Part shown: piece after piece, positions 56,773 to 62,206 of the stretch
How the letters are laid out: every line of letters begins with the position of its first letter
How positions within the stretch are numbered: position 1 is the stretch's first letter
Assembly: GCA_016710325.1 (NCBI GenBank)
Contig: JADJXK010000002.1
Coordinates: 946,622-1,010,621, forward strand
Origin: Candidatus Leptofilum proximum
GTDB lineage: Bacteria; Chloroflexota; Anaerolineae; Promineifilales; Promineifilaceae
Length of the DNA stretch: 64,000 nucleotides
Direction of reading: 5' to 3'
Translations under genes and position numbers: made by a program
Notes under the pieces: generated by a model
The model's input: the letters and a program-made list of their open reading frames with translations, nothing else
What the model was told of the DNA's origin: nothing
The model's database searches: none

Positions 56773-56852
56773 CCCTATCACCCTATCACCTTGTCACCTT
56801 GTCACCTTGTCACCCCCTCACCCCTTCACCCCGTCACCCCCTCACCCCTTCA
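56773..56852. repeat. Tandem octamer array, 10 units of CCNNNTCA
   Basis: The ten units are: CCCTATCA twice, CCTTGTCA three times, then CCCCCTCA, CCCCTTCA, CCCCGTCA, CCCCCTCA and CCCCTTCA. Confidence 0.9.
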
Positions 56853-56933
56853 ATTCCTGGTTCCACACTACCGGTTGCTGGTACAATTCAACAGCCACAA
56901 ACAACTAGCTACTATGCAAAAGAGGAGAATCCC

Positions 56934-59171
56934 ATGTCCACTGTACTGAAATGGATCGTTCGTATCTTTGGCGTCCTGATTGGCGTGCTGCTGCTTATTT
57001 TTGTCGTGGCCGCCGCCATGCCCGCCAAGGCCGACCCCGACGTAGGCGAAAACCACGGCGCGGGGGCCAGCAGCGTGCAGCCATCGTACACCGGCTTGCA
57101 GCGTGAATTCCCGGCTCTGAACGAAACGGCCGCTAACCCCACCACCGACGCCAAAGCCGAGCTGGGCCGCTTACTCTTCTTCGATCCGGTGCTGTCTAAC
57201 AACAACGACACTGCCTGCGCCACCTGCCACCAGCCGGATTTGGGCTTTGCCGACGGCCGTATCCACGCCGTCGGCCCCACCGGTGTTGAGCAGACGCGCA
57301 ACACCCCCGGCCTGTGGAATGTTGGCTATGCGCAGAATTTGTTCTGGGACGGCCGTCTCGACTCCCTCGAAGCCCAATCCGAAATTCCCCTCACCCACCC
57401 GGATGAAATGGGCGTGGCCGACACCGCTGGCCTGGTCTCCGAAGTGGCGGCCATCGACGAGTACGAAGCGATGTTCAACGCCGCCTTCGATGACGGCGTG
57501 ACGCTGGCCAACATTGAAAACGCCCTGGCGGCGTTCCAGCGCACCCTCATCAGCAACAACAGCCCGTTTGACCAGTACGCCGCGGGCAAGGTGGATGCGC
57601 TGACGCCCAGCCAGCGGCGCGGCCTGGCGCTGTTCCGCTCCGGCGCAACGCGCTGCTTTGAGTGCCACACCGCCCCCACCTTCGCCAGCGACGGCTTCCG
57701 CGTGGTGGGCGTCCCCAGCGACGATCCGGGCCGGGCGGGCGTGGTGGCCGATGGCCTGGTAGGCGCGTTTAAGGTACCGTCGCTGCGCAACGTGGCCCTG
57801 ACGGCGCCATACATGCATGACGGCTCATTGGAAACGCTCGAAGCGGTGGTCAATTTTTACGCTGACGGCGGCGGCCGCCTGCACGGGCAAGAAAATGTGG
57901 ATGTGTTTGTCCAGGGCTTTGAGCTGACTGATCAGGAGCGTTTGGATCTGGTGGCGTTCCTCTACGCCTTAACAGATGAAAGCAATATGCCGGAAATTCC
58001 CACGGCCGTTCCCTCCGGCCTGCCCGTCATTGCACCCACCGATAACCCGGCTCGCGCCGAAGTGGCAGCGCACAACGTCGGTGGTAACAGCGGCATTGAT
58101 TTGGGCGACCGGGAACCAATGACGATTGTGGTGCAAGAAGGGGAGAGTGTGCAAACGGCCGTCGATCGCGCCCGCCCCGGTGACATCATCGAAGTGCCCT
58201 ACGGCATTTATCACGAACGTGTCGTTATCGACATCAACGACATCACCCTGCGCGGCATCCCCAACGAGGCGGGTGAATGGCCCATCTTCGACGGCGAAGG
58301 CGTGCGGACGGAAGCCGTTATCGCCTCTGGCAACAACTTCACCGTGGGCAACCTGCACGTGCGCAACTACACCGACAACGGCGTCCTGGTGGAAGGTGTG
58401 ACCGGCGTGCATTTCCACGACATCTTTGCCGAAAACGTGGGCACTTACGGCGTCTACCCCGTACGCAGCACCGAGGTGTTGATTGAGCGCGTGGAGGTCA
58501 CCGGCGTGGATGATGCCGGGATTTACGCCGGACAGTGCGAAAATGTCATTGTGCGTGACAGCGTGGTGTATGGCAATGTGCTGGGCATCGAGCTGGAAAA
58601 CACGATCGGCGGCGAAATCTACAACAACCACGCCTACGACAACACGGTAGGCATCTTCGTCGTCCTCTTGCCGCAGCTCACTTCAAAAGTATCGGCCAAC
58701 ACGCTAGTGTACAACAACATCGCCGAGGGCAACAACCACGAAAACTTCGCCCCACCTGGAGCAATGGCCGAGATTGCTCCGTCCGGTGTTGGCATCCTGC
58801 TGCTGGCTACAGACAACGCCGAGGTGTATGACAATACCATCCGCGACAACAAGACCACTGGCGTGGCGGTCTTCAGCCTCACCAGCACCGGCGCGTTTGA
58901 TGTAAACGAGGTGGATGTGGGGCCGCTGCCGGAAAACAACTGGATACACGGCAACACCTACGAAAACAACGGCTATGATGCCGATCCATTTGTGAAGGAT
59001 TTAGGGATTCCCACGGCCGATATACTCTGGGACGGCACGGGTATGGACAACCGCTTCAACGAAGAGGGTGCTTCCACCTTCCCGCCGCTGGTGCCAGGTG
59101 ATGGCTGGCCCAGCTTTGTGCGGCGCGGCTACACCAACATCCTCGGCTTTTTGGTGGACCAAATCCTTTAA
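56934..59171 (+). CDS. Di-heme cytochrome c peroxidase (CCP/MauG family) fused to a right-handed parallel beta-helix (NosD/PbH1-like) domain
   Basis: N-terminal TM anchor. CATCH and CFECH heme motifs with PSLRNV...PYMHDG. The C-terminal half has repeated G..V....N..V.DN units. Start at the ATG at 56934 with an AGAGGAG SD, because the ORF start at 56799 lies in the octamer array. Confidence 0.85.
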   Translation: MSTVLKWIVRIFGVLIGVLLLIFVVAAAMPAKADPDVGENHGAGASSVQPSYTGLQREFPALNETAANPTTDAKAELGRLLFFDPVLSNNNDTACATCHQPDLGFADGRIHAVGPTGVEQTRNTPGLWNVGYAQNLFWDGRLDSLEAQSEIPLTHPDEMGVADTAGLVSEVAAIDEYEAMFNAAFDDGVTLANIENALAAFQRTLISNNSPFDQYAAGKVDALTPSQRRGLALFRSGATRCFECHTAPTFASDGFRVVGVPSDDPGRAGVVADGLVGAFKVPSLRNVALTAPYMHDGSLETLEAVVNFYADGGGRLHGQENVDVFVQGFELTDQERLDLVAFLYALTDESNMPEIPTAVPSGLPVIAPTDNPARAEVAAHNVGGNSGIDLGDREPMTIVVQEGESVQTAVDRARPGDIIEVPYGIYHERVVIDINDITLRGIPNEAGEWPIFDGEGVRTEAVIASGNNFTVGNLHVRNYTDNGVLVEGVTGVHFHDIFAENVGTYGVYPVRSTEVLIERVEVTGVDDAGIYAGQCENVIVRDSVVYGNVLGIELENTIGGEIYNNHAYDNTVGIFVVLLPQLTSKVSANTLVYNNIAEGNNHENFAPPGAMAEIAPSGVGILLLATDNAEVYDNTIRDNKTTGVAVFSLTSTGAFDVNEVDVGPLPENNWIHGNTYENNGYDADPFVKDLGIPTADILWDGTGMDNRFNEEGASTFPPLVPGDGWPSFVRRGYTNILGFLVDQIL

Positions 59172-59172
59172 T

Positions 59173-59233
59173 CCCGTAGCCGCGGTTTCTTACCGCGTAA
59201 AATCGTGCGGTAAGAAACCGCGGCTACACGGGG
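59173..59233. terminator. Long hairpin between convergent genes
   Basis: CCGTAGCCGCGGTTTCTTACCGC, loop GTAAAATCGT, then GCGGTAAGAAACCGCGGCTACACGG. The stem is about 23 bp with one bulge. Confidence 0.5.
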
Positions 59234-59235
59234 GG

Positions 59236-60570
59236 TCATTCTGAGGGAGTCAACGCCGCCACGCCCCAGAACGGGCCGGGGCAGGTTACTTTGTTGTCGA
59301 AGAAGCGGTAATCTTCGGCCGTTTTCTCCCCACCCGGCAGCGTCACCTCATCCCCCACAGCAAACATTGCCGCCTCAATGCCATTGCCGCGAAAAACAAT
59401 TTGCAGCGGGTCAGTGCCCTCATTGGGCCAGATGTTTGGCGGCCAAAAAATGGTGTAGCCATCTACCTGAAAACAACCATTATCAATGGTCAAAACGCCG
59501 GTAACACTGCCTTCATCCGCAGCCCATTTGGACTGAAAATAGAAAATAGCATCACCGGCAGGCTGCACGTAAATATCGGGAATGGCTTGCTCGGCCAGCG
59601 TCTCGGTGCTGCCCAAAATCCAGTACGGGCCAGGACACGCTTCAGGCATTTCCGGCGCAACAATACTGCTGCCTCCACCACCCCCCATGCGGGTCCACTC
59701 ACCGACGCGGCCGACTGGCTGACCTTCACCGTTCAGCACTGTGATTTCCTCACCCTCAACTGCCAGCGAAAAATCGTAATGCCAAATGACAACTGGGGCT
59801 TCAGCCAACGGTACGCTTTCATGCTGCACACGCAGACAACCGCTGTCATCCAGCACGAGGGTGCCTTCCAGCAGGGCATCCATGCCCGCCACGGCTGGCG
59901 CCTGGCGCGGGAAGTAAATCGTCTGGCCGTCTGGCCCGGTGTATTCATCCAACCCGCCGGAATTGCTGGGCGGGATGTCATTGGGGTCGATCGGTTCAAC
60001 CTCGACCACGGATGGCAGCTCATACCCGGCGTCGGCTACGGCTTGCAAGAACAGCTCCGGGTTACCCACGGTCAGGTAAACGCGGTTGGCCATCACGTCC
60101 ACGCCACCCGCAACGGACATCGGTTCCAGCTGTTCTACGATGCTGAATGCTTCTTGCTGGGCGGTCAGCAGTTCGGCCAGGGTGTATTGGGCAGTGCGCA
60201 GTTCGATAACGTCGGCTAGGGCGGGATAGGTTTGCAGATACGGCCGTATCACCTCCTCTCCCTCATCCCCCACAAACGCCACCACCACCTTGTACTCCGG
60301 CTCGTGCTGAATCCACAAACCGGCAAACGTATCGGCTTCGTTGGCTTCCAGGCTGGCGCCCAGTTCGCCGATGCTGTCTTGCAGCGCCAGGCGCTCGTTG
60401 GCTTCTTCCAGGCTAATTCCTTGAGCTTCGGCATAGGCAGCGGCATCAGGATTTTGCGTGGTTTCGGGGGGAACGGCCGTTGCCTCTTCCATCTCTGGTT
60501 CCGCGCCACCTGGGGCACAGGCGGTTAGCAAAATGACCAGCAAAATAATAAGGTTTTTTCCAATTCTCAT
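59236..60570 (-). CDS. Hypothetical lipoprotein
   Basis: Start at the ATG at 60570 (GGAGG SD). MRIGKNLIILLVILLTAC lipobox. 444 aa, no motif recognised. Confidence 0.7.
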   Translation of the reverse strand: MRIGKNLIILLVILLTACAPGGAEPEMEEATAVPPETTQNPDAAAYAEAQGISLEEANERLALQDSIGELGASLEANEADTFAGLWIQHEPEYKVVVAFVGDEGEEVIRPYLQTYPALADVIELRTAQYTLAELLTAQQEAFSIVEQLEPMSVAGGVDVMANRVYLTVGNPELFLQAVADAGYELPSVVEVEPIDPNDIPPSNSGGLDEYTGPDGQTIYFPRQAPAVAGMDALLEGTLVLDDSGCLRVQHESVPLAEAPVVIWHYDFSLAVEGEEITVLNGEGQPVGRVGEWTRMGGGGGSSIVAPEMPEACPGPYWILGSTETLAEQAIPDIYVQPAGDAIFYFQSKWAADEGSVTGVLTIDNGCFQVDGYTIFWPPNIWPNEGTDPLQIVFRGNGIEAAMFAVGDEVTLPGGEKTAEDYRFFDNKVTCPGPFWGVAALTPSE

Positions 60571-60710
60571 CTGTTTCCTCCGTGACGTAACAAAATAAAG
60601 AGCGCGCCGTGCGCTCTGCTTGTAGAACGTGGTCAAGGGCCATATTGTTCCGCTTGCGCGCTGCTGCCGGAAAACGGCCGTTTTGCTTCGTTCACCTACA
60701 CAGCGGAAAA

Positions 60711-60801
60711 GGGTGCGATTAATTTCTGTGTATGACCACGAGAACCCATGCAGAACCCTCTTAGCTTAAGACCGAGCTATACACAACTTTTAATCGCACC
60801 C
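60711..60801. mobile_element. MITE-like 91-bp element with 12-bp perfect terminal inverted repeats and a 9-bp flanking direct repeat
   Basis: GGGTGCGATTAA (60711-22) and TTAATCGCACCC (60790-801), flanked on both sides by AGCGGAAAA (60702-10 and 60802-10). Confidence 0.3.
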
Positions 60802-60817
60802 AGCGGAAAATTTCTGC

Positions 60818-60846
60818 TTGACCGATAAAAAAAGGCATGGTAGACT
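60818..60846 (+). promoter_or_regulatory. Near-consensus sigma-70-like promoter of the 23-aa peptide gene
   Basis: TTGACC, a 17-nt spacer, then TAGACT. Confidence 0.55.
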
Positions 60847-60892
60847 GTCCGCCGTAGCAAATACTAAAATTCTTAAAGGAGGTACCCACAAG

Positions 60893-60964
60893 ATGGCCCA
60901 AGTGAAAAGTAACATCTTCCAAAACGTTATTGAACGTTGTGTGGGTACACCTGGTAACTGCTAG
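60893..60964 (+). CDS. Candidate small peptide gene (23 aa, two Cys)
   Basis: Hand translation gives MAQVKSNIFQNVIERCVGTPGNC, ending at TAG. AAAGGAGG lies 10 nt upstream. It has its own promoter and terminator. Local GC content is clearly lower than in the flanks. Confidence 0.45.
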   Translation: MAQVKSNIFQNVIERCVGTPGNC

Positions 60965-60999
60965 AGATCCAAAACTAATTCTATTTGGATAAATTTGCG

Positions 61000-61029
61000 G
61001 CCACGGGTGTACATACCTGTGGCTTTTTT
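61000..61029 (+). terminator. Intrinsic terminator after the peptide ORF
   Basis: GCCACGGGT, loop GTACAT, then ACCTGTGGC (9 bp with one G-T pair), followed by TTTTTT. Confidence 0.65.
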
Positions 61030-61103
61030 GTTGCCTGTTTCCGGCAGCTTAACTGTTCCGCTCAGATTCCTTATCTGGCAATCCTACTTTATGCGGAACA
61101 GTA

Positions 61104-61137
61104 GCCACCATCACACAACCGCGATCGGTGGCTTTTT
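61104..61137 (+). terminator. Second, weaker terminator-like hairpin
   Basis: GCCACC...GGTGGC plus TTTTT. It is preceded by a 9-bp CTGTTCCGC/GCGGAACAG hairpin. Confidence 0.3.
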
Positions 61138-61235
61138 GTTTCTCTCCCCCTCATCAACCACACAAAAGCCACATCCCCTGTACAAATTTCAGGATGTTTG
61201 CCGGAGCATAACAAAACCGGCGCAGTATAAAACTG

Positions 61236-62201
61236 ATGAGCAAATTTGCGGCTTTTGAAGAATTTGAAGATTACCAGTATCAAGACAACAGTCGGGAAGC
61301 CCGGCGCAGCCGGACCAAGCCTAACAAAAACAAGCAAGTGCGGAACGGCCGTCCCCAACAAACCATGCAGGATATCCGCGAAATGGATGACGGCATCGAA
61401 ACCTGGGTGCCCAGCTATGCCAGGGCACTCGATCCGCAGCACCACGAGCGGCAGTGGGTCATTGAATCCGTTGGTCCCTTTTACCGTGACCAAATCGTCA
61501 CCGACGTGACCCGTCTGGTGAAAGGGGGCAAAGAGGCCAATGTCTATGCCTGCACCGGCCATCCAGCCACAGGTATAGACCTCATTGCAGCCAAACTGTA
61601 CCGTCCGCGAGAACTGCGCCACCTGAAAAATGACGCCATCTACAAGGCAGGCCGCCAGCTGCGGGATGCAGACGGTAAAGAGATCAAGGGGCGACGTGTC
61701 AAGCTGGCGCTGAGTAAAAAAACCAGCTATGGCAAGTCCGTTGATATTCAATGGTGGATTGGCAATGAATACCGCACCCAAACCCAGTTGTTTGAGGCCG
61801 GAGCCGATGTGCCCAAACCCATTGCCCACCAGGGCAACACCGTCCTGATGGCCTACATTGGCGATGAATATGGCCCGGCACCCACGCTGAGCGAGGTGCG
61901 CCTGCCCCGCGAGGAAGCAGCGCCGCTGTTCCGGCGCATCATGGACAATGTGGCGCTAATGCTGGACAACCACCTCATCCACGGCGACCTGTCGGCCTAT
62001 AACATTTTGTACTGGGATGGCGCAGTGTACCTGATCGACTTCCCGCAGATGGTGGAGGCGCGACACAACCCGCATGCTTACGAGCTGCTGGAGCGGGACA
62101 TCACCCGCGTATGTGATTACTTTGCCGGTTATGGCATTAAAACCAATCCGGTGGCGCTGACGCACAGCCTGTGGGATCCGTATATGGGGCCAGGTGGATA
62201 A
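61236..62201 (+). CDS. RIO-type (RIO1 family) atypical serine protein kinase
   Basis: GGKEANVY (P-loop-like), LIHGDLSAYNIL (catalytic loop), IDFPQ (metal-binding loop) and a basic N-terminal extension. Confidence 0.8.
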   Translation: MSKFAAFEEFEDYQYQDNSREARRSRTKPNKNKQVRNGRPQQTMQDIREMDDGIETWVPSYARALDPQHHERQWVIESVGPFYRDQIVTDVTRLVKGGKEANVYACTGHPATGIDLIAAKLYRPRELRHLKNDAIYKAGRQLRDADGKEIKGRRVKLALSKKTSYGKSVDIQWWIGNEYRTQTQLFEAGADVPKPIAHQGNTVLMAYIGDEYGPAPTLSEVRLPREEAAPLFRRIMDNVALMLDNHLIHGDLSAYNILYWDGAVYLIDFPQMVEARHNPHAYELLERDITRVCDYFAGYGIKTNPVALTHSLWDPYMGPGG

Positions 62202-62206
62202 GACAA

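Noticed and set aside
56711-56852. Possible CRISPR arrays among the many short repeats, including 21838, 23522, 28023 and 56773.
   Set aside because: The units are only 7-9 nt and directly abut one another with no spacers. No cas genes are present. They are micro-tandem repeats and hairpins, not CRISPR.
60893-60964. The idea that the 23-aa peptide is a methanobactin-type (MbnA-like) precursor. From memory, ..NVIERCVG.. loosely resembles the ..PVIGR...C.. leader/core junction.
   Set aside because: The resemblance rests on a few residues recalled from memory. No MbnB (DUF692), MbnC or TonB-receptor genes are visible in the window. It is kept only as something to exclude by searching the flanks.
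60995-61258. An 87-aa ORF spanning the gap between the peptide gene and the RIO kinase.
   Set aside because: It runs straight through two terminator hairpins and overlaps the RIO start. It has no SD and an odd composition. It is more likely non-coding, possibly a 3' UTR or an sRNA.
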